DNA of 64,000 bases from Eledone cirrhosa (Eukaryota): assembly GCA_964016885.1 (NCBI GenBank), contig OZ024740.1, positions 186,806,001 through 186,870,000 of the forward strand. Direction: 5' to 3'. Positions 49,811 through 64,000 of the stretch are shown here, in pieces (within the stretch, counting starts at the first letter, position 1; each line of letters starts with the position of its first letter). Both the position numbers and the translations under genes were made by a program. The notes below the pieces were generated by a model. The model made no database searches. It was not told where the DNA came from and saw only the letters and a list, made by a program, of their open reading frames with translations.

Positions 49811-52800
49811 AATATATGTGTACATATATATATATATATATTATATATATGTTTATATATATATATAAACATATATATACATATATATATATATTCTTTC
49901 TTTCACATTTAAAACATAAAATTTTCCCTTTTTTAATCACCTTCTTCAATCTATATATCGAGATAATCTGTTTCATAGGAAAACTGTTTTAATAGTCATT
50001 ATAACTGCAGCACATGTAACTCATTTCTTATTTCCATAATACTGACTTTAAATATCACAATTTTCACTCCTATTTATAGAACCAAATAGGATGGTATGAA
50101 AGGAAATCTTTTTTTTTAATGTTACCAAGGTTTATTCGTGTTTTCCAATATCATTTTGCTTTCATGTCACATAACTGAATCAAGAAATTACGCAATATTC
50201 GCAGCTTGAAAAATTATATGATTCATATAGATATTGATTAAAAAAAAATTCCCAGTTTTTGCTATCTATACAACGCGATGCCTTCTTGTGGTTCCACAAT
50301 CTTGATAGAGAAAGTATGGAAATCTTACTCAAATTATATTCTAGTGGGTTCAAATGCGAAAGTGTGTATAATATAATCCTGGATACATAAAAAAAAGAGG
50401 ATAGGTGTAACCAGTCAGGGATAAATTGGGACAAATAACAACACCTTTATGAATTTCAACCTCAAAAGTTTAAAATGCCTTGTTATATAATATACACATT
50501 TTTAGTATCAAAATGAAAAATTATTACTTAATTTGGCAAGGTTAAGAAATATATATATAAGTATATTACAGATACTTATTTAAGGCTTCTATAGCTTCTA
50601 TACTGTTTCTTGACCTGCTACAAATAGAAGCTGACTACCAGGTAATATGCCACCAATATCTTTCTTTATAAGAGCATTGTATAATTAAAAAATTAATTAT
50701 ACAATTCTCTTTATAGGAGTATTGTATGATTAAAGGGTGTTTCATAAATAGTAAATTGAGAGCTAATGTACTTAATAGAGCCAAGAAATTTTAATGAATT
50801 ACTATTATATCCTTAATGATGAGAAAGGCCCCATCTTAATGACTAATTCTGGACAAGAAATGAAAAGGAGACAACTCTGGCTATGAATCAAAATTAACAA
50901 TAGAAAGCGATTGGAAATAAGTCTGATCTTTAGCCATATGGTGACAACTCCAGACATATTTCAATCTCATAAGGCCTCATCAATGAAGACTAGTTTTACC
51001 ATTACTGCCACATCTTAATGTTTAATATTTTTCAAAAATATATTTGTATCAAAATATCTTGAAAAATTCAGTAGATTATGATTGATATATTTATATAATC
51101 ATCATCATCATTTATGTATCCAATTTCTATGCTGGTGTAGGTTGGATAGAAATTTGTGAGGCAGAGTTTTATGGGCTTAATCACCTTCCTGACAACAACT
51201 CTTTTCACAACCTCTTATGGCATGCACCAATATGACATACCTGTTCTACAAAATGAGATACACACAATATTACTAAAACCTAGGGTACAAACAGTTACTA
51301 AAACTTTATACAGACAGTATTCTAATAATAATTATAATCTGTGTGGTTAACATAGTTGATTTTAAAAAAGTCATGTTTGTAAAGATGTAATTTTTCCACA
51401 ATCATTTTATTTTGATCATCTAGATGAATTAATTTTTGATAGATGCTAGTAGAAAGTTAGTCTCCTAATTATAAGGTTGTAGGTTCAATCCTTGGACTAG
51501 GTGGCATATTGTGTCTTTAAAAAGGCATTTTATTTAACATTGTCCCTGTTCATTCAACCTTAAAAATATACCCATGTTAGCATGGAAGATGGACGTTAAG
51601 CGATGATGATGATGATGATGAGTACCAACAGCAGCTAGGAGTTAACCTTGCAATGAACAAGCATCCCATTTTGTACTCTCAGTTATAAATCTAAGATAAG
51701 CTGGCAAGACTCTAGCTCCAGAGGAGATTTTTATTTATTTATTTATTTATTATATTTACATGATATATTCACTTGGTTACTCACGATCAGCACAATTACT
51801 TAACTTTAAGTTTTCCATGTATAGCCTTAAAAAGCTTATAATTTTAAGAAAATGTTAACTTTAAAATAATTTAATATTTTAGCCAAACCTAATTATGGTA
51901 TAATTTAGAATGCAGTATTTGTGCTCATTAAATTACTATACTATATTGTAAGATCCTCGAAGCAATGTTCCAATCAAATATTAATATCATATTAAATAAT
52001 TTACACTAAAACTTTATTATGCCATTACTTTCGATTGTACTTGGTTTTCCCCTTATACACACAGTAAAAAAAGGAGAAAGTATACTAAATTTCCCATTAA
52101 GTCAGTCTATATGTCTGCCTCTGTCTAGTGATTCTTCCAATTCTTTCTTAGATGCAAAGATATTTGTCTTTATCAAAATAATTTCTTGAAAAATTGGGCA
52201 ATTATTGTAGTTTATTTATTTATTTAGTAATAAAGGTAAGGACATCATTTATGACTATTTACTTTTTCAGAGCCTCTGTGACTAACGAGAGGTGGGTATG
52301 TTATTGCTAAACTAGCGACATAGTCCAAATCCTTGTAACAGAGCAAGCTCAGCTAAAACACTCAGATACCAAGTGTTGGTGTTAAACCAGGTGATAGATT
52401 AAATTTTCCATCCAAACACTTAGAGCTTAAGGAGCAAGAACAAATACTGCAAGGTATCTTATCAAATGCTCTAATGACTGTCAGTTCACCACCCTGAAAC
52501 GGTATGTTATTTGTCATCCTTGAAAGGATGAAAGATAAAGATGGCATCATTATTTTTACCTTATTCTGTTCAAGGTAGATAATCTTTGTAATTTTTTCCT
52601 TTTAAACTTCAAGAATCTCATTTCCAAACCATGTTTGCACTCAAAATGTTTTCCAGAAATATATTCTGAGCAATCACGCAATTTTATAATAAAAATAAAA
52701 TCAGGAAAAAATACTTTAGCCATGAATAGCTGCTGACACTCATAAATATTTATATGTTATAAATGATGAGGATTGAGAATATTTTGAAAGATCTGGCATC

Positions 52801-52957
52801 ATAAACAGTATTTAGAAGAAATCCAATCAAAAACATTCACTCACTCTAAAAATATTATCGCCAATAACAAGCTAATGAAAAAACCTCGTTATTTGATCTG
52901 CTCAAAATAGAGGATATAATCATTTTTTATATACAACCCTATTGACACATGTAAAAG

Positions 52958-53690
52958 CACATGGCTCAGTAATTAGAACGTTGGGCTTATAATTGAGTAG
53001 TTGTGAGTTCAATTCCCAGACTGGGCAGTGTGTTGTGTCCTTAAGCAAGACTCTTTATTTCATATTGCTCCAGTTTATCATTGGTGGCATGGAGATGGAA
53101 CACCAATATCTATGGGCAACTGCTGGTCTTTCACAAACAACTTTGCCCGGACTTGTATTTCGGAGGAGGAACTATCTAGATGCAAATCCCATGGTCATCA
53201 TGACAGAAGTGGGTATTTACCCTATATTGATGTAACATTGGCTAATTCAAGAATAACACACTGGATACTGTATGCTTATAACAAGTCATGCCATCCTTCA
53301 TAAATAAAAAAGGTTGTAATTGCCACAAGTAAAATGCATTTGATTTATAGCTCTGTGTAATAATGATCAGCTGATCAAGGGCTAGTATAACTCACCATCA
53401 AATTGTTTCCACTAAAAAACGTCTAAAGTCTGTCCTTAGCCCAAAGGTTCATCAGGATGGTTTCTATAGTGTTAAGTGACTGAGTGTACAAGACTCCCCT
53501 CAGGATAGGATTCCAGTCCATCACAGAGTTAAACCCCCAGCTACTGCTGGTACCCATTCTCCGCTGAGTATACTGGAGCAACGTGAAATGAAATATTTTT
53601 CTCACAAACACAAAACACAACCCAGTCCACAAGATTATGATCATAGGTCCAACATCCTTATCACTGTTCCACTCCACACCATAAAATACA
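52958..53690. mobile_element. Two old CORE-like SINE relics in opposite orientation
   Basis: tggctcagtaattaga...gagttcaattccc...ccttaagcaagactcttt (+); tactggagcaacgtgaaatg...acacaacccagt (-); similar relics near 51.5, 56.5 and 63.8 kb. Confidence 0.65.
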
Positions 53691-56600
53691 TTGAGCCTAA
53701 CCAATATAAAATAATCCTATGAGCATATATATCTAATTTTAAACTATTCAATTAGTCACTAATATTTTTGGAATATTTATGATAGACCCAATGCTTTTTT
53801 TCCCTTTGTTTTTAAAAATACAATGCTACAAATCATTAATATATATTTATCGATCTATCTTTCTGTTTAATTTTTATGAAGAATAGTTCCATTTCTTGAA
53901 GAATATATTAAAACATAAATGTGATTGAATGACAGACAAGTGACTTCACAATACCTTATCTACTCAGCTACAGTCTAATCCTGTATTTGGAAGCTGTTAA
54001 AATTCCACTTTAGATAAAATAATCAATTCACTCAGCTGTTTGTTTTTCAAGACAGAAGTACATAGCTAAGAGGTCTGGGAACAAGTTAATTGTGTCAAAG
54101 GTTTTTAACTAAATTAGTTTTATTTCATAAATATCTAAAAATTTATATATGTGTGTGTCCATGTGTTTGTGTGTGTATTTCTCCATTAAACATATTGCAG
54201 TATAATATATATATATTTATATCATCATCATCATTTAATATCTATCTTCCACGCTAGCATGGGTTATATATATGTGTATGTGTGTGTGTGTGTGTGTGCT
54301 TATTGACTCCAAGAAGTAAATACATGCCTGCTATAACAATGTAATAATAAAATAATCATAATCTCCCCCCAAAAAACGAAACAATTCATTTTTATTAATT
54401 TCACTTGTGACAATAATAACAATTAAACAATGTAAATAATGAAAGAAAGAAAAATATATAAATTGATAGAAGTAAATTCTTTAATACAAGATGGCAATTA
54501 TTGTTCTGAATGTTTTGAAATAGTTTTATCTGAAATATCGACATAGCAGACATTCTTTTGTTTTCACTTTTACTTTTACTGTTTAATGTGAATAGAGCAG
54601 AGCCTGTGATATTTTTCTTGACCTCTAAAACTAGTAGCAGAGAGAGAAGAAGGTGTTCCCAAACAGGAGGCTTGATCCTTGACCCAAATGCTTGCAATAA
54701 TGTGAACTCCACTAAAAGCAACTTGATTTGAGGTGGTGGTGTTAAACTAATGAAATCAAGGTGGTGGTGTAATGGAATATTTAACCCATTTGATACCAAA
54801 CCAGCCAAAACTGACCTTGGTTCAATGAAAGAAAACCACCCATTTCAAATGATTGCTCAATAAATTTATAATTTTTAACGTATTGTACATATTATATATG
54901 TTAAGTTATTATATTACAAATGAAATAATTAATCCTCTGAGTAGACCCTTCAAAATTCTGCATTAATTGAAAGAGAGTATATTTCATTATAGATATAGTC
55001 ATGAAAGGGTTAAAGCATCAAACGATATGTCATGCAGTGTTTGTTGTGGTTCTTTGTGTTATGAGATGAAATTATGGTGAGGTCAAGTTTGTTTTTTTAT
55101 CCTTTCAGAATCAATAAAACAAAGTACTGAGGCATATATGTTCGAATGACTCATGTCCTTCAGAATTAGAGGTGTTGTGCTTATGTAAAATTCAATGAAA
55201 TGGATAAGACCCATTTTTGTTTTGTCTGAATTAAGTATCTATTAGGGTATAGGGATCATAAAAAAAAGGTTACAATTGAAAACAGAAATATCTAAAGAAC
55301 ACTAAAGTCTGTCCCGAGCCCAGAGGCTCATCGGGCCAGTACTTATCTCAGTTAAGGAAAATGAATGTTAAGTTAAAGCTCAAAATAATTTTCTTCATGG
55401 GATAATCACATCAAGTTATTCAGAAGCTTTTGACTGATTTAAAGTGACAGCCTAAATGAACTATATCGAAAGGACTAAGAGAAATACATAGTGCCTATGT
55501 GCTTGACTGAACAAAATTGATTTCATTCTCTGTGACAAGAAAATCAAGTGGCCTTGACAATTAATAGTTGATAACTAAGTTTTGATATGAAGCTACATAA
55601 TGCCATCTTTCTCGTGACATGGATTAGGAGATAATAGACTAAAGTTATTACAATCAGATAATCTCTCTTTAAAGATATCAGATCTGTTGCCACACTATGT
55701 GTTTGAAGATTTCTGGAAAATGATTGTAGTGGAAGGCTTCATTGAAAATAAATTTTTCACTTTCATTTTCCTTTTCTTTACCTTATCATCCACATCCTGC
55801 TTCTTTGTGTAAATTATCAGTAGCATATCTATCTAACTTGGGAATGATTTTCCCTCAAAACTCATTACCCATTCTAGTCTCCCTGTTTTGTAACACAATA
55901 GCATCAGAGCAGTGGGTATTAAGCTAAATGTTTTAACATTTCAGAATTGCTAGTTGGATTTCCTCATTCACATTCCTTTTCTCCCTCTCATTCTTTTGAA
56001 CAAAACAACACAATGTTGTGAAAGAAATCAATAAATCAATCACTATTTCATTTAACTCAGGCAAATGAGATAAACAGGGCCAACTGCTTGATCTCTTTTA
56101 AATCAGTGTTATCCATCGATGGGTGATTATCCCAAATTCACTGTTTTTCAAGAGGGTTTAATCTCTGCTTCATTAGTCTTTGAAATAATTCAATTACAAA
56201 GATAACAAGACACTTGCCAGTTATACAGAGGCTTTACTCCTTAACTTTACCCCATTATTCTTCAATTCATAACTTGAGACAGATACTAAAAATATAAAAA
56301 TAATTGAAACTCTGTTGATATCAATGATGACTGCTTCAGTTGTTTGATCAATTGATGTATAAGTGGTTGAGTATCCTTCAGATGCATATACCTGTAACAT
56401 AATTCTCAGAGAGATTTAGTGTGACACAGTTTATGACAAGGCTCTGAAAGTCTAAAGTCTGTCTCAAACCTGAAGGCTCACCAGACTGGTTCTTATCCCA
56501 TTTTCCATGGCGTTAAGTGACTAAGAGACAAAACTGCCCCACTAGAGAAGACACCAGTCCATTGCAGGGTTAAAGCCTTGGCTATTGTTGGTACTCTTTT

Positions 56601-58934
56601 TCATCTGAGTATACTGGAGCTATATGAAATGACGGATTTTGTTTAAGAACACAACACACAACCCAGTCAAGAAATCGAACCCATAACATTATGATCGTAA
56701 GTCTAAATCCTTTATCACAAGACCATATGCCTTTGACATGTGTACAAGTGCAGTTCATCTGATGGCCATCTACAAAGTTTCTAGCTTCCCAATTTCGTTC
56801 ATATGTCTTAGGTTGTATGGTCCATATCTTTAATTTATGGTACACAGTGAGATCAAATCCAGAATCTCATGATTCTGAAGTAAACTTCTTAACCATGTGG
56901 CTCAGCCTGCATCCAATCTGGTTGAAATAACAGCCAAGTATTCATCAAATCCCACCCTACACTCTTTAAAAAAAGGACAGTTTGAATAATGAATATGCCT
57001 AAAATACAACAGGATGTTCATGGTTGAACCATCTTTGGTCATGGATTGACCTGCTAAATCAGGACTAAGCAGGGAAAAACATCAGCAACAGCAACCAATT
57101 TATAACAACTTATGTTAATCTATTAAAAGATTAGTAATATATATTAGAGCTATAGCAGAGCATCAATATCGCTGGGCATGAACCAGTAATGTTTCAGTTA
57201 GTGGGCTAAATTGGCCAACTGCAACATTCTAAAGAACAGTATTGATTTAGAATCTGGGCAGAGTTTAAATGATATTTCATCAAAACCACACTAAGATGGA
57301 AAGAATAGCCAAATCTTTTCGAGCAGACAGATATTAATGGAAGAGGAGACTTCCAGCTTATTCTGGCAGTAGCTAACAGTTTTTGATGATAGATGGGTTT
57401 TGCTCTATTTCCTTGTGTTCGAAATTCTCATAAGATCAAAACAATTTTGTAACAGCAAGTCATTTATGTTTGGTGGGGGGAAGGAAAGTCGGTTTTTAGG
57501 TAATGGTATATTAATGGTATTCATAACAATGAACACAGTTCTTGCTGTTTTCTTTTATTTTTTGCTTGTTTAATTTTCTTTCTTTCTAGGGATAATTCTT
57601 CTATACATATATATATATATTTGGGAGTAGATAAATGTTTAAAGTTGTTGAAACATTACTCATTCTGTAATATTGCTAACAGTTGAAGAGAAAGTTACAA
57701 ATTTTTTCAACCATATGTAGCAAACATTTTAGACATCATGACTGGAAATAACATTATCTAAATCGTTTTATTTTTTTTATTTTTTCGTTTTAGTGATTTA
57801 TTATTGTTTTTTCTCAAATATGCAATGTAACGGTCAAATAATCACATGAGAATAAAATGATTCTTTTCTCCTGGAGAGGTGAGTGACACTTTCACTTGAA
57901 AAAGTACACACACACTGCCATACAAACACACAGTGTTTCTTCATTAAAACAGTCTGAATTCTATTTTGTGGAATTTTTATTCCCTTTCCTCACACTATTT
58001 AGAGATTTGAAGGATAATTGAAGAATTTGAAGTATGATCATGGTTTCTTCATGATGAAAAATACAAGTCAAATAAATACTTGCCATTTAAAAATGTTAGA
58101 AGTTAATTCAGCTTTATAGTGATGAAGGGTTTAACATTACAGTAAAACAGGAAATCTTCAATTCAAAAATAAAAAGAATTATAAAGAATTTAACAAAATA
58201 TAAATTAAATTTCAAAAACAAAAAGAAAATATCTGAATAATGCAAGTTTTATAGGAAATTTAATTAATACTGAATGATGTTTTTTTCAGAAGTGGTATTG
58301 ACAAAGTTTTCCCTATCAACACAGACATGCTAATACATTGAACATTCAGTCTTTTAATGTGTTGTACTATTGCAGGAGAATTACAGCATGTGTTGATCCT
58401 TATACTAATCAGTAAAAATACAGACTCCTGATAAACTAGAAAATAACAACAACAACAACAGCAAATCTTTTATTTCATTTTCCCATAGATAAAATTATGA
58501 GGAGGTTACCTCCCGCTCACTCCCACCAAACACCATATATCGATAAAAGAAAACAGAAACAAGAAAAAAAAACAAGAAAAATAAACAAAGATTAATAATA
58601 ATAAAATACTTTCTTTTCATTATTTCAATTACAAATATTTTCCACTCTATTCAAGTTCTGGAATTTCTACTGCTTCTTTTGCCATGAATAAGATGTAATT
58701 ATTACCTTGCGTGCTTTAAGTCCGTTAGTCTCAAGATGGTTGACCCCCCCCCCCCCCATTCTTCCAATATATTCATATGCAGTAGAAATAATGTTTTTAA
58801 CTCAGTGCAAGCCTAAGTAATGAGAATTTGAAGGAATATTTGGAAGAAACTTTAACAGACATTACTGCTGGGAAACTAGGTTGAGCAAATCTCAAACACT
58901 CAGTTTTTAATGATGCAATTACAATAAAAAAAAT

Positions 58935-60120
58935 GATTGTTTCTGATTTAGTTACACGACAAGTAATTTAGGGGTTGGGTAAATTAACTGAATAAACTCC
59001 AGTACTTGATTGGTGCTTCATTTTATTGAACCAGAAAAACAAAAAGCAAAGTTGACTTTAGCAGGTGTTGAACTTAGAATATAAAGGGATGTAACTAAAT
59101 ACCACAATGCATCTAATCTAGCAACCTACAATAGCTTCTAATTTATGCCTAAGACCAGCAATTTGGGGGAAGGGAGGAAGTTGATTTAATCAACCACAGT
59201 ACTGAACTAGTACTTACTTTATTTATCAACCCAAGAATTGAATAGGGTGAATAGCAAAGTTGACTTTGATGAAATTTGAACTCAGTGTGTACAAAACTGG
59301 AATAAATATCTCTATGCATATTATTTGACACTCTAACAGCTCTACCAGTTCACTGGTAGAGCTGTTAGAGTTAGTTAAAAATTCATTCAACCAAATTTTC
59401 TACATCATAATTGGAAATAACATTATCTAAATAGTTTCCTTTTTTTTTTAGGGATTTATTATTTTTTCTAAATATGCAATGTAACAGTTAAATAATGACA
59501 TGAGAATAAAATGATTTTTTTTCCACAGAGAGGTCAATGGCACTTTCCCTTGAAAAAGTATATGCATACATACACACTGGTCCTTCAGTTCTTGAAGTAC
59601 CTTCAGAATTTGATGCTCTAACAACTCTACTTGTTCACTAGTTGAGTTATTAGAACAACAAATTGAAGTTCAATGCTGCAATCAATCAGAGCAGATGTGT
59701 CCCCTCATTCAGATTACTTCTCATTTATATTTTGCTAGCAAACATTGCCCTGCAGATGTAAAAAGTTTGGTTATCAGCTGCAACAATCAAAGTGTGGCCA
59801 TGAGGGCTAGCAGAAAATATAATGTCCCCCCCCCCCCTCCCATTTAACTTATAACAAAAATATTCAAATGCTTATGAAAAATTCTTCTCCATTGAACTCC
59901 TTTTGTCTTGGTTTCCATAGAAATACAATTGTTCAGCTGAATTTTAAGTATTATTAGGGTCGGACGCCATGCTTTCCGGCATAGTTATGTCCCTTTACGA
60001 TCTGAGTTCAAATCCCGCCGAGGTTGACTTTGCCTTTCATCCTTACGGGGTCGATAAAATAAAGTACCAGTAATGCACTGGGTAATTGCTGGCCTTGTGC
60101 CTAAAGTAGAGACAATTATT
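58935..60120. mobile_element. SINE family B cluster: two old copies (-) and one young 5'-truncated copy (+, 59956-60120)
   Basis: 59956-60120 is a near-perfect reverse complement of 7549-7710. Confidence 0.78.
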
Positions 60121-63100
60121 TTTGCTATGAAATAACTAAATATAAAATAGTTTCTCCAGCTCACATAGATAACATGAATGAACCAACCAAAAGAACTATC
60201 CTTGCAAAGGATTTACATATGTTTATTACATTCATTCAGTTTTCGGGAATAGCGTTTGAAAATTAGAAAACTATCCTTCTATCTGATACTCAATTTCTTC
60301 AGCTCCCAGCATTATTAACAATATTTTGTTTATTTTCCTTACTTGTTTCTGACTGCCAACAAATCTATAGACTCAGATTACAGCTTGTAACATTATGTTC
60401 TAGAATTAGCTTAATTTGTCTTCAAAACCTATTAAAAGCAGGCAACTACATGACTTGTATCAAAGAAGTGTTGCTCTTGCATATATATTTCTCATAAAAA
60501 CAATTGTGTATTTCCCAATCATCTTAGTATTTTTTATGGAATGCTTTTACATTTGATGTGTTGTTTCATTTCTCTGTGTAAGCTTTATTAGTCAGTTTCT
60601 ATACACTTAGTTTCTACTGAGTGCAATCTATTTCTGGTCAATAGTTCTTGGTTGAATAGACAGGAAAAGTAACACAATTTTTACCTTATCAAAAAATTAG
60701 ATGTCTTCGAAATTTCCAACAGAATGAGATATATTGTTCTGTGTATGTAATTTAAGGATACAAATTCGATTTGGGTATTTAGAAATTATCACATCTTCCC
60801 CTAAAATTTAAAGTAATCTTCCATAGAGATAGGATAGAATTCATTGATATGATCAACAAATATAAGGTAAAGAGGAAGGCTCCCATTATTCTGAAATTTA
60901 TTCTATAGTCAATAAGGAAGACAGAGATGGTCATTGATCTATTTCAACTGAAAGAGGAACTGTTAATTTCTTCAGTCTTCAATAAATGATGCAAAGTGAG
61001 TTCTATAGCAACATTCTTTTAGAACATGTTACAATTGTTCAAATCTAACTAAGGGTGATAAAGAAAACATGCCTATGTGATTTAAAGTGATGCAATGAAA
61101 GGTCTCCCAGTCATTCCAACCATGATCATATTGTTTTTTTCTCCACTACATAATCCCATGTGTCCTTTTATGTTTAAAATGTAAGGTTTTGATTAGCAAG
61201 AGAGAGATCTGGCTGCCATTTCTAACACATAAATTCACCCTTGTTGGCTTGTCAATGATTTATCAAAATATCATCAGGCAATCTTCTTTGTAATGAAGTA
61301 ATCTCTTACATAATTATCTATATGTTTTCTTTTATATCCTTCACTTCGTTGATTAACAATTACAATCCATATAATCATGAATGAAAATCATCCTTGTGTA
61401 TAAATAATACTTGGGTGATATATGTAACTGATTGCCTAGTTTGCCACCATCACTTAGCCCTTGGTGCCTGTTAGCAGTGTCTACTGTGTAGCAAGCATTC
61501 AAGACAAATCTTTACTTTGAGAATATTTTCCTCTTTTCTTTCCATCAGTCTTGGTAATATCTGAAAACTGTTATTAGCACTGCCTTACTCGGTGAATAAA
61601 TAATAACAAAAATGTAATGCATCATTATTTAATCCTGATACAATTGCTACATTTGACATTAAAATAATTAACAAAAAATACATTGTTACTGTGTTGTTTT
61701 GTTCTTTAAAAAGGTCTCATTATCGTGTATGTTTATTAAGTACATAAGTAGTTGACAAATTTAGTTCAATGAACTTAGTCAAATTTACAATACAAAAAGC
61801 CCTGATAAAATAATAATTAACATTTTTTTTTCAACATTTTATACCAAAATAAATAAATTTACAAAGTGACTTTTCATTCTAATCTAAAGTTTCAAGCTGA
61901 AGGAATCCTGAATTCATTTGGAGAATAGTTTATTTAATACCATTTTGTCTTTTTTTGTCTTCTTAAAGTGATAATATAAATATTTTTCAATGACTGAACA
62001 TCACATCTCACTGAAAATAACATATTATCTCCAATCCTTTCTGAAGAACTCTTGGTTATTTAACCAGGAAATCAAATTGATAGACTATTCTAATTATTCT
62101 GAACATTTTTAACAGCATCTTAGAAAATATTTGTTTTTACTTTAAAAAGAGATATTTTGGGGGCGTTTTTATCTTTATTTTTTTCCTCATTGAAAACTCT
62201 CATGAAAATTCTCATGAAAAAACATTTTATAAAATCATTTCATTAAACAATGTTTTTGTTTTTTGCAAAATATTTTCTTCATATTATTACTATCTGTTCA
62301 TGTTTTGTCTTGTGTCCTGATTTGGTTTTCATTTCAAGAACACTTTAAGTAATATTAAAATTCAGATAATGTTTTGCTTATCTAAAACAGTATTTGGAGT
62401 TAGATATTTTAGGTTGAGTTGGGCTAAAAGAAATTGCAACTGAGAATCGTGTGATATATTTCTAGTGCTACACAGGTAGTCTTGAAAGAAGAAAAAAATA
62501 CATCCAACAAAAGATTAAGAAGCTAAAAATAGATTTTAATACATCAGACAGCGTAAACAAGTGCTGGTAACTTTCTCGATAACAAAAAACTATTGCATCT
62601 ATTTTAGTAGAAATTTTATTATGTTTATGATGTATGTTTTATTATATTTTTTCTTGAATTATTCACATGACTACCAGAGGTGAGTATGACAGCTCTTTTT
62701 ATTTTCTCATAGACATTATATGTGATAAAGGAAAGTTTATTAATATTACAACATTACAGACTTCTTATAATAATCAAGTTGTATGAGTTTTAATTATGCA
62801 GCACTCATAAGAAACATACATCAATTGTAAAATACTATAGCAATTTCTTGTTGGAAAATTAAGCCAATATATTTGAATATATTTAGTCACTTACAGTAAC
62901 AAAAACAGCTTTTAAAAAAGAAGTTAGGAATTAATATTAGAAAAATAAAATGCAGACCTTTTTCACCATGTAATTTGTTTCATGACTGTCAAAAGGTACT
63001 TTGGTTATCGTGTAAAACTACAGCAATATGAAAGAAAACTGATCTACAAGAAAAGGTACTGTGATTAACCAGGAAAAAAACAAATCAATATAAAAGAAAA

Positions 63101-64000
63101 AAATGTTTTTCATTTGAGAAATGATCAACTAAAAAATTAAATTACATTTAATTTGCTTTATATGACTAGACTAAGAAACAAATGGAATATTATAATGAAG
63201 CAAATACAGTTATTACAATTATGAAGATGAATAGAAATTACTTCTTTTTGTTTAACACTTTTGTGGTCATATTTCAAATGAAACACATTCTATTTCAATT
63301 AATTAATAACGAATTTTGAACGATTAACTAAAATTATCAATTATGTTATTACTAAGATATTAACTTAATATATGGTTCTTATATAAAGTTATTTTGGAAT
63401 ACTTTAATTTAAATAGGACTTCTTCAAGATGGGTGGTTTAGTTTCATAGAACCAGAGCCTAGTTGGTATCAAAAGAGTTACAGTAAAGGAAAATATAAAA
63501 CATACAAGCCAAAGGAGAACCAAACAAAAAGATTAAGTACACTGAGTAAATACTACCTTGTGGGATATGCTGAGTTACAATCCTCTACATCAAAATAGAT
63601 TTAAATATTTTCCCTTGCAAAGTCAATAAATAAATGTAAGTTGAAGGCAAAATGTGTGAGTCAATATAATTATCAGCATGTACCCCAGCATGTTAAAGAA
63701 GTATTTCTCAAGTCTAGAAGATCATCAGACCAGAACTTATCCTGGTTTCATTTGATGTTATGTGACTGAGATACAAGACTACCACCTAAGTGAAACTTCT
63801 GCTGTTGCTGTTGATATTAATATTTTAGCTAAGTAGACTGGAGAAAAGTGAAATGAAGTGCGTTACTCAAGGAATAACACACAACCAAGTCTGGAATAAT
63901 ACTCATAACCATGAAAGAGTGAGACTAATACACTAACTACTAGGATATGTGTGTTCATGCCCAAAGAATGCCACAGTGCAGATACTGAAACAACTAAAAG

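Noticed and set aside
54401-54808. 135-aa ORF or possible exon on the minus strand
   Set aside because: No recognisable domain; AT-rich composition; splice signals not convincing without transcript data

Overview
AT-rich eukaryotic DNA with many (TA)n, (TAA)n, (CAT)n and (TATG)n microsatellites. The SINE and LINE content suggests an octopus/cephalopod genome (inference, no search run). No host protein-coding gene can be supported. Bases 1-48 kb are densely packed with retroelements: a nearly intact R4/Dong-type RLE element (1181-aa ORF) in a (TAA)n nest with Tx1-like and SINE fragments; five copies of one RTE family, one near full length; other RTE families including one with three C-terminal C2H2 fingers; a CR1-group LINE; two Penelope-like elements; a 19-unit MITE-derived tandem array next to a Helitron; and many short non-coding fold-back elements in (TA)n. 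Bases 48-64 kb hold only old SINE relics. Six canonical type I hammerhead ribozymes can be read by eye. The main candidate novelty is a hammerhead-like motif whose three core strands are in a non-circularly permuted, pseudoknotted order (UH strand, GAAA strand, CUGAUGA strand). It occurs in two divergent non-coding repeat families (38-39 kb and 46-47 kb) with compensatory base changes, and in one family it lies in direct repeats in a retrozyme-like layout. All folding and alignment was done by eye and boundaries are approximate.
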